Source: Octopus bimaculoides
Lineage: Eukaryota
DNA length: 64,000 nt
Assembly: GCF_001194135.2 (NCBI RefSeq)
Contig: NC_068994.1
Location: 53,352,318 to 53,416,317 of the forward strand
Direction of reading: 5' to 3'
Shown: positions 1 to 12,403 of the stretch, piece by piece
How the letters are laid out: the number at the start of each line of letters is the position of its first letter
Numbering within the stretch: the stretch's first letter is position 1
The notes under the pieces: model-generated
Seen by the model: only the letters and a program-made list of their open reading frames with translations
What the model was told of the DNA's origin: nothing
Database searches by the model: none
Position numbers and translations under genes: made by a program

Positions 1-850
1 ATAGTATCCGATTCACTACACAACTTGTCAATGTGCATAGCATATCGAAATAGTTCGTTACTTTTCTTTCTATTGAATTGTGTTGCATGCTTTATGGTTT
101 TACTTTTTCTATACCAATGGTCGTGTCATCGGCTGCAAAGTATTTTTTTTTCTAACCGCATCTTCAAAGCGAGTACGTTTGAAAGAACGGGGAAACATTG
201 TGTTTGTATGTGAAGGGGCGACGGGGAAGACAAAGAGTGGGTGGGAAAGAGAGATAGGATGTTTATTGCTCTTTAGCTATGAGGTTATCCATGATCGAAC
301 CAGCCGTGATCATCACGCCTGTTTTCTTCAGATTTAGTGTGTGTGTGTGTATATAGAACTACATTATCCAATTTCTAGCAGGTCCAACAACCATATAAAA
401 ATTCTCTCATATCCTGCGAATCGTCATAGTTGTTATTATTTAACTCAAGATCAAACCTGGTTATCTCCACTTTGATGAAACGCAGTCTCTCTCTCATTCT
501 TTCTCTTTCTCTCTCTTTTATCTATTTATCTACCTATTTGTGTGTCTGCATGTGTATGCCTTTCCTTACAGTGCTGATACCTTTCTGAAAATTGCAAGTA
601 TTTTCGTTTATCACGGATTAGCAACCCAGATGAAATTCAATGATATAATAAATAAATTACATTCCAATATTGCATTGACCACATTTTTTTCCTAATGTTT
701 TTAAACTCAAACTTCTATATATAATAGTCTTGTAAAGTTGGCTAAGTTCCTATAACGTGGAGAAAAGAGAATCCTAAGGTTGCTAACAAAACTCTTTGCC
801 GAGAGAGAAAGAATATTATGTTTGGTTTGGGTTAGCTAAAACAAAAGTCG

Positions 851-1423
851 GTCGAAGTTTTTCTCGTTTGAGAAAAACCAAATCAAATCCTCTGCTGGAT
901 TTTTCAGTTTGTTAAAGAGCCTTTTAGATCTGATGTAGTGATTTACTTTTGGTTTTTCTGACAAATTAACCTTTCCTCATCATATAAGACTTATATCTGA
1001 TGTCTTCGTAGACAACATTTCTGATTGTTCCTTTTGACACATGGAGATCTTTTGCAATTGGCCTCGTGGTCATTCTGGGATTGTAATCAATGGTCTGTTG
1101 AACTTGCTGGATAAATTCAGGTGTTCTGATGATTTCAGAGCATTTAGAATGGTTTTTATTCTTCGATACTGGTAATACGTTTCCATCTTCAGTCTCTAGC
1201 TCCTTACAAAGTTTGTAGACGAAAGATCTGGCAACTTTTAACAATTGAGATATTTCTAAATCACTATGCTCAGCCTTTGTAACCACAACAACGGTATGTC
1301 TCTTCATTTCTTGAGTAAGCTGAGGGTCTGCCATTATTTTCTGAAACAAAGATTATACAGAGTTAGCAAAAAATGCAGCAATGACCCCAAAAAGGTATGT
1401 CTTCAAATATCCTACGCACTCTG
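851..1423 (-). mobile_element. Tc1/mariner transposon fossil, 5' half (HTH DNA-binding region up to the first catalytic motif), frameshifted and truncated
   Basis: ORF 966-1349 reads ...RTPEFIQQVQQTIDYNPRMTTRPIAKDLHVSKGTIRNVVYEDIRYKSY, a typical paired-HTH transposase N-terminus. After a stop and frameshift it continues HYIRSKRLFNKLKNPAEDLIWFFSNEKNFD (WFFSNEKNFD at 851-880), matching the FSDEK motif with the first catalytic D replaced by N. The minus-strand 5' end reads TA|CAGAGTG at 1425-1417, a typical TA target plus terminus. Confidence 0.85.
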
Positions 1424-1577
1424 TATATAATCGATAAAAAGCTATAACCGAGACTCAAGGCCCGAGAGTTTCGTGCATCACAGACATGTATGTATGTATG
1501 TATGTTTGCATATATGTTTCCATGTAAATATATTTATAAATATATGTATTGAAAATTGAGTTTGTGTTTGTGTTGTC

Positions 1578-1612
<35 letters not shown>

Positions 1613-1689
1613 TACACACACACATATGCATTATCGCGGTGCTGTACCGTTGGCTTTGATCGGTTGTCTCATTGTGCATGCCAGTGCTA

Positions 1690-1870
1690 ATACTGCTAGT
1701 ATAGCTATCTTTATCATCATCATCATCACCATCATACATTGTCATCATGATTCCCATCACACTCATCACCATCATCATCATCATCATCGTAATCGTTACG
1801 ATCATTGTCGTTTTCTTCGTTGTCACTGCGTCCGTTAACAATCTGCATGTATCGATTGTCCAAGTAATCA
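1690..1870. repeat. Cryptic (ATC/CAT)n trinucleotide-rich tract following a (TA)n(CA)n tract
   Basis: Runs of catcatcat/accatc. These explain the His-, Ile- and Met-rich spurious ORFs at 1455-1965. Confidence 0.85.
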
Positions 1871-2450
1871 TTACCGATATCAAAGGTTTATTCTACAACA
1901 AACACACTGATATCTTTTTCTTTTATTACCCTTCAACTATTTTGGCATCGGTCCAAACAGAATGAGTTCCCGCAAAGGCTTGCAGTTCAAAACTGTGCTT
2001 CTATAAACCCCCGCCATGAACCATCGCTGAAGACAACAGCAGCGGCAGACGTTCTATGTTAAATGTTTTCATAGGAGTGGGGCGGGGAATGTCAGTTGTG
2101 ATAGGGACACAGTTTGATGTAAATAATGTATTCTTACATTGGCACAAGGCCAGAACCGCTACAGAAAGAAAGATGGCGATTGGTATTGGCCACCAGTACT
2201 TGATTGGTAGTCGTTTTATCGACTCTGAGGGGAGAATATAAACTCAAATTGTCATGTGCAGATCCGAACCTCAAACCTAATGAGACGTTGTACAATACTC
2301 TTTGTTTTATTTATATTTTATTTATGACTTCTTTTTAGTAATCATTCGTGATTGTTTTCTTTTTTTTTTTGTTACTTTTGTTCAGTTGGTTTTGCTTTGT
2401 TCAGTAATATTTACCTCACTTATACGCGGATAATATATTGTCTAATTAGT

Positions 2451-2581
2451 GGAGGCACAATGGCCCAGTGGTTAAGGCAGCGGACTCGCGGTTATCGAAT
2501 CGCGATTTCGAGTCCCAGACCAGGTGTTGTAAGTGTTTATTGAGCGAAAACACCTAAAACTCCACGAGGTTCCAGCAGGGG
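2451..2581 (+). mobile_element. tRNA-derived SINE 5' head (family C), truncated
   Basis: GGAGGCACAATGGCCCAGTGGTTAAGGCAGCGGACTCGCGG...TTTCGAGTCCCAGACC contains an A-box (TGGCCCAGTGG) and a degenerate B-box (TTCGAGTCC). It continues into non-tRNA body sequence with no acceptor-stem closure. Confidence 0.7.
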
Positions 2582-2681
2582 TAGCTCTATTCTAAATTGT
2601 TCTGTTAAGAATTTAACTCTGTCAAAGTTGTCGTTTATGAGATACAAAAACTATTCAACAGGGATACCTTATTATCTATAA

Positions 2682-2842
2682 ATAGATTATCAAGAAGGGT
2701 ATATACAGACATATGTCTATAAAGGAGTAACTATTAAGTCCTCTAAACTTTATAAAAGTATATATCAATAAATACATAGATTATCAAGAAGGGTATATAC
2801 AGACATATGTCTATAAAAGAGTAACTATTAAGTCGTCTAAAA
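2682..2842. repeat. Local tandem duplication, period about 94 bp (1.7 copies)
   Basis: atagattatcaagaagggtatatacagacatatgtctataaa(g/a)gagtaactattaagtc(c/g)tctaaa occurs at 2682 and again at 2776. Confidence 0.9.
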
Positions 2843-4953
2843 CTGAACTGAAAGAGTTATGTCTTCGGGACTATGATTACCGTCTGTGCGATAAAAATTA
2901 AAAATCACAAAGGTGGACATATTCCAAACATAAAGTATATGGGAGAAATACCTTATTTGTTTTAACTATATACATAGATTTAACAAATTGTTTTCACCCC
3001 TATTCAGAAGGAATAATTTGTCCGCAAACCAGCCTTATATAACATATACTGGCTAGCAGCCTTCATACGATCATAGATTGTATTTTAAAAAAGCGTCGAT
3101 GCGAAAACACTTTCTTCGACGGATAGTGTGAGCTCTCTAAAATGTTCAAGCGTCATAATAATGAACTGATATACTCTCTCCCATCCTCTCTATTTCTGTC
3201 TCTCTCACACACTCAAACACACAAGTGTGTGTGTGGATATATTAGGTTTCGTTATAATATATAGAGAGATAGGTAAATATACATGCCGACAAATAGATTA
3301 TACCGATATAACACTCACACAAACAACCATTTCTTTGTAAAACTTTAATAATCTCATACTCTTCGAAAAAGTATTGAATAACACTTTTGTTTAATCTTAA
3401 ATTGTTTTTATACATAACTTGACATAAAGACAAACATACATTTGTGTGTGCGTGAGGTATAGAGAGATATAGGTGCTATGCATGTGTGCAAGTGTGTCTA
3501 TGTGTGAGAGAAAGAAAGAGAGAATGCATGTGTGTGAGTGCTGGTGTGTGCGCTTGTTAAATTTCTTTCAAATGTTTTGCAATATTTAGGTTAAAAAAAT
3601 ACTTAAAGATGAAATGCCTTTTGTATTTAAAGATATATAAATATAAAAATTGAAAAGGAAAGAAAGGTTAAAAGAAACAAACAAACGAAATAAGAAACAG
3701 TGAAAGAAAGCGAATGAAAGAAAAGCCTAAAGGATTTTAATATGTATTTATTTTTATTTTATGTTTTTTTTTTTTTCAATAGGTATTTATCGCTTGCTTT
3801 TTGGTTATTGAATTTTTTTCTAGTAATCTGCATCATTGTTGTTTTGGAATGTTTTGAACATGTCAGAACAGCACAGTGATTGTCAGCTTGAAATTAATTC
3901 AACGTTCCAAGCCTGAACTTCAATCAGCCTCATTTGTGTTTATAGATGTTTAAGAAATAAATAGATGTTAAGCTAAACTCAACTAAATACTCTTATTTAG
4001 AAGAAAAGCCTAGCGCGCACGCACAGACGTGTGTGTGTGTGCGTTTTGTGTGTACTTGTGCGTGTATTTGCGTTTGCACATGTGTATGTGTGTGCGTGCG
4101 TGCGCGTACAGACATGCGTGTCCGTTATGTCGGCGGCGAAGCTGCTATCAACTCTGTACAAGAGAAAAAGCTAACATTCTAATTCTACTCAGTCGTAGTT
4201 TAAAGAGGAGGGATGAAACCTTTCCGTTTTCCTTTCATGCAAGAATACACAAAATTTAAGCTTTTAAACTTATGGTGGATTTCGCATTGCAAACAGTTTA
4301 AAACTACAGATGACATATAAAGGAAAAAGTTCGACGCGTAAAACCAAGCAGAAATTTTAGTTAAATGTTGGATAATAATTGAAGTACGAATGCTGCAAAA
4401 CAACAACGAAAGTTGAGTATATTTCTTATTTGACTCTGTGAAAGACAGGGTGATCTAGAAACCTACTCGAACACCTCAGCTGCATGCAAAGTTAAACATC
4501 AAATTTTACTATTAAACTGAGTTGAGTTTCCTCGCCTAAAATATATTCCCATTTAGTTATGTGTTATTGCCTTTCACGAATGACTTGCCCGCTCTGTGTT
4601 AGACAATGCAGCAGTTAGGTACTAATACCATCTTTTTTCGCTCTTATAATCCAGTATGACCGTCTAACTGACTGAGCATTCTCTTTTCCATTGCGCAAAT
4701 ATATATGTCCGTACGTGGAGTAGACATCAGATTTAAGTGCTTCAGCAGTGACCATCCCACCTACTTTTCTACTTATAATGTAATAATACTACATCATCCA
4801 ATGTAAGTAAAAAAGCAAGTATATAGATAGATAGATAGATAGATAGTCATTGTTATTAGAGTTGTTGGGGTCTATCGACGTCAGAGAGACTAACGTTAAG
4901 TCTCCTTCCTTCACATTATGCACTACTGTCTAATATATATATATATATATATA

Positions 4954-5250
4954 GGCACAGGAGCGTGGCTGTGTGGTAAGAAGCTTGCTTACCAACCACA
5001 TGGTTCTAGATTCAGTCCTACTGCATGGTACCTTGAGCAAGTATTTTCTACCATAGCCACAGGCCGACCACAGCCTTATAAGTGGATTTCGTAAATGGAA
5101 ACTGAAAGAAGCCCGTCGTGTATATGTGTATGTATACGTATCCAGGTTTTTGTGTCGTTGAGTCGTGTTTTCCCCACCCCCCACCGTTTGACAGTTGGTG
5201 TTAGTTTTTATGTTTTTACGTCCCCATAGCTTAGCGTTTTGGCAATAAGT
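4954..5250 (+). mobile_element. tRNA-derived CORE-like SINE (family A), 3'-truncated
   Basis: Head GGCACAGGAGCGTGGCTGTGTGGTAAGAAGCTTGC, a CORE-like ccttgagcaagt segment, ggaaactgaaagaagcccgtcg, an internal microsatellite and a partial tail. The same sequence recurs more than 10 times in the window. Confidence 0.85.
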
Positions 5251-5443
5251 ATATATATGTAATGTTGCTTTTAACACATCATGTCTGTGAAAAGGTTTTC
5301 TCTCAATGAAAAACCACTGCAGCAGGCATTTCTGCGGAGCGTATACATTTAGTATAATACATAAACGTTTGAAGCAAGAATACTTTTTATCGTAAATCTA
5401 CTAGATAAGGGCATACTTAGGAGAGACCCACAAGAGACACACA

Positions 5444-5484
<41 letters not shown>

Positions 5485-5807
5485 GTGTGTGTGTGTATAC
5501 ATACATACACACATTTATTGCAACATCACATTCATTTCTCATATATTGGCAAACAATTTTAGAAGGTATTTATAACAAAGATGATTGATGTGTTATTTAA
5601 TATCCATAATCAACTGACTCAGCTCTATCTAAAAACCGTAGAAAGCAATTCGAAATCTAATAACCAGAGACGATCTTTGCCACAAACAAACAAATGCGCA
5701 CACGCACACATAGACTCACAAGGGATTACGTTGGCAGTGATATTAAATTCAACCCTACCATTCACCACTTATCGTAGGGATTTATCAGGATTAACTTCAG
5801 ATCGATA

Positions 5808-5844
<37 letters not shown>

Positions 5845-6309
5845 CTTTAGATATCTATCTGTATGTATTGTTGCGTTCACAGTAATGCTATATACTCACA
5901 CACATATACATATTCACGTGTGTGTATGTTTATATATATATATATATATATATATAATGAATACGTGCATACATATACATTAACATTATGTATCTATATA
6001 TAAGGTTGAAGATTCTCAATAGAATTCTCATTGAAGATATTTCATGTTATTTCAAAATGATGTTATATCATCCGTTGTTAAACAAATTATTACAATTATC
6101 GTTGTTGATATTATTATTAGTATTATTATTATTATTATCATTATTATTGGTATGCCAAGAAATGGTTCTTAAGATTCCAAGACATTAATATATCATTGTC
6201 TATGAGGATTCTTTCCAAACAATAACCTTTTAGTACTAACATCTATACAGTCCTCTTTTACATTGCATAAAAGTCAATTTCATTACGAAATTTCTTTTAA
6301 GATTCGGAG

Positions 6310-6500
6310 AAAAATGGCTTGTATTATTTAGTCACGTTACTTTATATTCTGAGTTCAAATATAACCGAGGTCGACTTTGTCTGTCATCGTTCAGGGAACG
6401 ATGAAATAATATATCAGTCAAAACCTCGGATCGATTAAATCTAATTTCTCTTCCCAGAATTTTGTGATCTTTTATCTGACTTGACATATATTATTATGAT
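6310..6500 (+). mobile_element. Degenerate tRNA-derived SINE (family B)
   Basis: ttctgagttcaaat...gaggtcgactttgtctgtcatc matches the central domain shared by the copies at 14781, 20270, 31675 and 58365. Confidence 0.65.
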
Positions 6501-7319
6501 TCAATCAAGCAAATATGAATCTTAGGACAGTTCAACATACATCAACAGTTGCAGTTCTTGGACACAATAGTAGTGTATCCTGAGGTGATTTGTGTGTCGT
6601 GTGTTATAACATACGTCATCAACCAGTTGACACTAACTAGGTTGATCAAACTCAAGCCTACACCCAAGCAGCATTTACTGACACCGTAGATACCCTCTTT
6701 TCAGCTAGACCCATTTAGACATTTTTTCGACAGCCTCTTGGTGGTTTTTCCCTTACCCAGGGTTCTATAGATTTTACATCAGATGCAACTGAGCAACCGG
6801 GCTTATGAACAAAGGCATTCTAGCCATGACCATCCTGTTATTGCTATAGACATGACTGTTCTGTTCAATGCGTCCTTCCTTTCTTTTTTAAGATGCTGTT
6901 TCAAAAATATTTACCGTGGTTCACATGCTGGAATTAGTAAAAGAATAAATAAAATCTGAAGACATTCCAGAAAATATAAAAAGTATTGTGTCCGCCATTA
7001 ATAGCATTGAATAAAATATATGTCAATGTCGACCATACTTTATACTCATTTGTGCGTTGTGTACGCTAAAAACAGCGAAATTCGAGTGTAAACCAATTCA
7101 ATGGTTGAAAATAGAATTAATCAAGACCAGTGATATGGTAGGCTTTCGTATATATTAAAATGATTTGAGCAACATCGTTTAATAGACGCCGGCAAATAGT
7201 TGTAAATCAGGCATTAAAACGAAGTCAAGTATACTTGAAGTGTTCGCGATGTAGTCGTTATACATATAAGAGTTGGGGTAGTGAAGTTAAAACCGATTGA
7301 GCTGTTATCACGTTGCGGC

Positions 7320-7750
7320 AGGCTGACGGTATTGCTGATGGTGGAGGTAGTAGTGGAAAGAGCCTTTGGTGGCGGCTGCTCTGTTTGTAGTAGTGATGCT
7401 GATGTAGTAATTGCGATGGTGGTAGTGATAGTTCTTTAAGTTAGTGCAATTAGTTGGTGTGTTTAATGGTATTGATCGAATGGATGTGATATTGTCATAG
7501 ATTTTATTTAGTAGTAGTAGATATAATGGATGAGTGTAGTCTTGGTGCAAATGGGGAGGTGTGTTAAGCAATGTTGGAGCGAAAACATCAAAGTAAATTC
7601 AAAGATTTTTGTGGTGGTGGTGGTGGTGGTGGTGGTGTAATTAGTCGTTTTGATAATGGTTGCGGTGCAGTAGTAGTGGTGGTAATTGCGGCAGCTGTAT
7701 CGAAAACCTTGCCTGGGGCAGGTGAGGTGGTTGTGTCTGTTGTGATATAT
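7320..7750. repeat. Mixed (GGT/GTA/GAT)n low-complexity tract
   Basis: Includes a pure (GGT)n run at about 7612-7637 within imperfect trinucleotide repeats. Confidence 0.75.
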
Positions 7751-8253
7751 TTCGTTTTATTTCTGAATATGTACGTTGTCCTAAGATGGAATTCTCAACT
7801 AAGAAATTTAACTTCTATAAAAAAAAAGAGAGAGAGAAATGGCCTTAGATAGAAAAGAAACCCACAGTATGTACCCGTTACTTTCTGGGTATGTGGTTTA
7901 TTGTTATTTTATTCAGAAATAAAGTTACTAAACAATCCTGAAACAATGTAATATCTTCAAGTATATATTGATACACAAGATAGAACCGATCGAAAGGTAA
8001 TGTGAATTTGAATATTGTTATTTTACATCAATGAAGTATTTCTTATATGAGCATCGATGGCATGAGATGTCTTTGAATCTCTTGTGTAAGATATAAAGTC
8101 ATTAGGAATATAATCGAAAGCAAATCAATATTATTCTGAAGTAATTAGCATTACAATCATTGATCAGGAAACTGTCTAACCTGTTTAACTCATTTAAAGT
8201 ATAGTATTAATTGCTTTGGAATGGATATAGACAGGCGACTTCCTATTTGTTAG

Positions 8254-8277
8254 ATCCTTGTCCTAAGGCGGTGTTTG
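8254..8277 (+). other. Candidate 24-nt symmetric microexon (DPCPKAVF[G])
   Basis: ttcctatttgttag|ATCCTTGTCCTAAGGCGGTGTTTG|gtgagt: pyrimidine-rich acceptor, consensus donor, length divisible by 3. No homology recognised. Confidence 0.2.
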
Positions 8278-8410
8278 GTGAGTTTCAGAAAAATCCTGAA
8301 ATAACCATCCAAGTACTGGGTCCGTCTTTGTTTTCATTTTCAAGTGAAAGCGTTGGACTTCTCTTGAAACACAAAACTTATATTTTACTATAGATAGATA
8401 GATAGGTAGG

Positions 8411-8625
8411 TAACCATTTCGTTATCATATTTCTGTTGAAATACCCTACTTTCATTTCACTTAATTTTGAAAAGCATGAGGAATTTAGTAAAATAACTTC
8501 GGGATATTTTTAAGCTGGGAGTTGGAGCTTGACATGAAGGAATAATTTAACTTAAATCCTTTGAAAGCAAGTTTTTATCATAAAACCAGGAGTGAACTGG
8601 AGCCGGTTAATATCAAAAGGGTTTT
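8411..8625. mobile_element. Probable piggyBac-type MITE (degenerate)
   Basis: The left end taa|ccatttcgttatc and right end aatatcaaaaggg|tttt are imperfect inverted repeats (9 of 13 match) resembling TTAA|CCC...GGG|TTAA termini. Confidence 0.4.
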
Positions 8626-9590
8626 GAAAACAGAAGGGTGGCTTTGGATTTTGCAATTCTAACTATATTATACTATATTAGATAAAATAATAGGATCGTC
8701 CTGCTTAAAAAGCCTTTGATCATGGGTCTGCTCGGTGAGGTTTGACATGGGGGTTAAACAAGAATAACTTTGGATTTTCCTCTTCCAGATTCCTTAAATT
8801 TCTGACATAGTTTCCCTATCAAAAATCATTATTTATTTTATAACTTTTAATTATTTCATCGTAACAAACTGGGTCATTAGATCTGCTTATGCCGCATATT
8901 CCTACTAACAGCCATATTATTTCCCTTCAAGGTATTCCTCTTAATTAAAAAAGAGAAAATATCCTGATTTATAGAAATTTGAATTTTAAATGTCACGAAA
9001 GCATTACGAATACAAGATATCGCTGCTCTCTCTTTCTCTCTCTGTCTCTACCGTTTTACTTAACTACTCTCTAAGCTACTCCAGTAAAATGTGGAAGCCT
9101 TTGATAATGACCGATGATTAGCGAACGAAGATTATGTTTATCAAAAATAATATCCGCTAAATATTGACTAGAAGATTATTATGAAGTAGTTCAGGTTATG
9201 GTTATTATTGCAAACAATGTATTATAATGGAAGTAATCAGCGACATTAGTATAATAATTATATGATGCGAACGTATTTTCGGTAAAGACAATGAAGAAAA
9301 AATTGAGTCAAAACGAGGCTAAAGAAAAATGTAGTTGGTTTTCGACGACAGAAATAATTATGGAAGGAGGATAAAATCCGTTGCTTTGAGGAGGAAATGA
9401 GGCAATCTGGAGAGGCTACAGAAGATTTATTGATGCGAGTTTGTGTGAGTGTAAATGTGATGTGAGTGAGTGTGGAATGAAAATATGGATGGATGCCTGT
9501 TGACAGGAGCACAAATAAAAAAAAAAAAGCAAATATACCCCCCCCCCGCGCGCACGCACACGCACACACACACACACACATATATATATG

Positions 9591-10012
9591 CTCTTTTATT
9601 TGTTTCAGTCATTTCACTGCGGTCATACTGGAGCAATGCCTTAAAGGGTTTCAGTCGAACAAATCGGCCCGGGACTTCCTATTTTGCCTAGTACTTATAC
9701 TATCGGTCTTTTTGACTGACTGCTACGTTACTGGGATACGAACACACCAATACTGGTTGTTAAGNNNNNNNNNNATGCATACACACATATACATGAAAGC
9801 ATATACACATTCATACATACACACATTACATACACACACATACACACACACACGACGTGCTTCTTTCAATTTCCGTTTGCCAAATTCACTCACAAGGCTT
9901 TGGTCCCCTCGAGGCTATAGTACAAGACACTTACATAAGGTGCCACTCTGTAGGACTGAACTTGAGACCATGTAGTTGGGAGGGAAGCAAGCGTCTTACA
10001 ACCCAGCCACGC
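9591..10012 (-). mobile_element. Family A SINE, near full length, with a (CA)n tract and a 10-N gap inside
   Basis: Tail reverse complement tttcagtcatttcactgcggtcatactggagc at about 9600. Head reverse complement ctttcaatttccgtttgcc...aaggtgccactctgtaggactgaac...cccagccacgc at 9860-10012. Confidence 0.85.
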
Positions 10013-10092
10013 ATATACACGTGTGTGTGTGGGTGGGTGTGTGTATGTAGTGTAACATATAGGGGAAATATACACTCATCTGCAGCAATCTA

Positions 10093-10367
10093 TATTCGCC
10101 GGACATTGCCCCATCTGGTTATCATTTATTCCGCAGTTTTCAAAATATGAACTCTGTAGACGAGGTCAGAACAATACTGGTGGAATATTTTTCGTCACGG
10201 ACAAGTGAATTCTAGAAGAGGGACCTTACAAGTCTACTAGAAAGATGGACGGGTATTGTAGAAAATGAAGGAGAGTATATTTTAGATTAAAAAAGAATTT
10301 TATCTTAATTTTGAAAAATATAAGAAATATTTAAAAAAAACTGGATTATTTATGAGATGACCCAAAA
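10093..10367 (+). mobile_element. mariner (DD34D-type) transposase C-terminal fossil plus 3' end
   Basis: 10093-10290 translates YSPDIAPSGYHLFRSFQNMNSVDEVRTILVEYFSSRTSEF*KRDLTSLLERWTGIVENEGEYILD*. YSPD(L/I)APSD(Y/F)HLF is the mariner hallmark, here with the third catalytic D changed to G, and RW..xV...GEY is the typical C-terminus. TIR-like ttatttatgagatgacccaaaa follows. Confidence 0.85.
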
Positions 10368-10699
10368 CATGACGGACGACATCGATATTCTACGAAGAGT
10401 CTCTTTCGGCATGTCAATACACGCGTATCTAAATCCTCCATTTGGTCTATTCATTCACATAGCCTCTCATTCATAGTTTCCATATTACCTAATAAGCTTC
10501 AACCAATGAAATATGGTTCTCAAGAGATATTTCTTCAAACAAATTTTCCTGAGTTAGCAGATTAATTAGCAAGCCGCAGACATGCAAGTGGAACTATCCT
10601 AAGGACAAAAGAATGAAGGTGAAAGAAGAGAGAGCGAGAGAGATTTACTCAAGGTATACTTAGATATTTCGATTCAATCAAGGAATAGGATTAACTTGA

Positions 10700-10916
10700 A
10701 GAAAGGAGTGAAAACGTGTGCACTAGTGTATGTGTATATATGTGTGTATGTGTGCATGTGCGTATATATATGTGTGTATGCATATGTGTATATGCATGTG
10801 TGTGTATATGCATGTATATGTATGAGCATGTGTGTATATATGTGTGGATGTGTCTATGTATATGTATGTATGTGTATGTATGTCTGTACATGTCTATGTA
10901 TGTTTGTATGCGCGTG

Positions 10917-10964
<48 letters not shown>

Positions 10965-11503
10965 AGGAAGTGAGTAGGCCTTGTGTTCTATATCATTCTT
11001 TCCCAAATCATTTTTTTTTCAGTGCCTATCTAGCTGTGAACAGGTACAGACACCCACACTCATCCCTCCCACCCTTCGACCCAACGCAACATGGTAGATA
11101 TGATAGCTCGGGGGGAGAGAGAGAGAGAGAGAGATGAACATGCTTATGCATCTATGCTCATGTGTTTCATATGCATGTTTATATACATACATTCATGCGT
11201 GTGTGTGTGTGTGTGTGTTAAGAATTATAAATAGGCATGTATGGTATGTAATTATGCATTTCTATATGTGTCTGTGTGTGTGTTTTTGCAGATGTTTATG
11301 CATATATACATGCGTATACAATACATTTGAATATGCATAATTTGTGAATATGTATATTTACATAAACGCATATATCTGCATATATGTATATTATAAACAA
11401 GAGTTTAATCATACATTTACGGGTGTGAGGAAGAAAGTAAGGCAATCAAAATTTGCATTATATTGACTCACCCTCGCATGTCATACAAAATGCATGTGCG
11501 CTC

Positions 11504-11547
<44 letters not shown>

Positions 11548-11560
11548 ATACATGTACGCA
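10700..11560. repeat. Compound (TG/TA)n and (GA)n microsatellite field
   Basis: Pure (GT)n at 10920-10961 and 11506-11546, and (GA)n at 11114-11133. Confidence 0.9.
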
Positions 11561-11662
11561 CATATAGATATAGACCTACTTTTATACATATTTACATATA
11601 TGTATGCAAATATACAAAGCCGCACGCATTCCCATATATATAAATATATATTATATATATAT

Positions 11663-12065
11663 NNNNNNNNNNNNNNNNNNNNNNNNNNNNNNNNNNNNNN
11701 NNNNNNNNNNNNNNNNNNNNNNNNNNNNNNNNNNNNNNNNNNNNNNNNNNNNNNNNNNNNNNNNNNNNNNNNNNNNNNNNNNNNNNNNNNNNNNNNNNNN
11801 NNNNNNNNNNNNNNNNNNNNNNNNNNNNNNNNNNNNNNNNNNNNNNNNNNNNNNNNNNNNNNNNNNNNNNNNNNNNNNNNNNNNNNNNNNNNNNNNNNNN
11901 NNNNNNNNNNNNNNNNNNNNNNNNNNNNNNNNNNNNNNNNNNNNNNNNNNNNNNNNNNNNNNNNNNNNNNNNNNNNNNNNNNNNNNNNNNNNNNNNNNNN
12001 NNNNNNNNNNNNNNNNNNNNNNNNNNNNNNNNNNNNNNNNNNNNNNNNNNNNNNNNNNNNNNNNN
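11663..12065. other. Assembly gap flanked by (TA)n
   Basis: N-run. Other gaps lie at 9765-9774, 13731-13740, 16599-17148, 18129-18138, 18975-19003, 27432-27441, 29088-29097, 32978-33564, 41240-41300, 53169-53370, 60988-61563 and 63532-63827. Most abut simple repeats. Confidence 0.98.
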
Positions 12066-12109
<44 letters not shown>

Positions 12110-12265
12110 TTATGCTTTATGAATACGGTGTGTAGACAGGCATAGAGGTCAGTTTGGCATGCTTCTGAATGTAAACTATCTGATTGGTCAGAATAGAAGT
12201 GTGCCCATCTTAAATTAATCTACAATCTTGTGGAAATAAATAGAACGTTTGCATTTGTAATCTAG

Positions 12266-12403
12266 CCGAGCGAAATGGGGTGAAGGTATAAAGATTATTG
12301 ACAGCGAAGTCGAAGACTCTCCATTTAATTTGAAAAGATTTCGGCATCAAAAGCAATGGCAGAATAAAGTAATCCCCCCGGAAGCAGATTCATTCGACCG
12401 GAA
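12266..12403 (+). other. Candidate exon (138 nt, phase 2-2) or 5' exon of an unknown gene
   Basis: gcatttgtaatctag| ... CCGGAA|gtaagt, a perfect donor. One open frame: RAKWGEGIKIIDSEVEDSPFNLKRFRHQKQWQNKVIPPEADSFDR. No homology recognised. Confidence 0.3.

Noticed and set aside
2451-2525. tRNA gene
   Set aside because: It has A and B boxes but no acceptor-stem pairing or clean cloverleaf, and it continues into SINE body. It is a SINE head.
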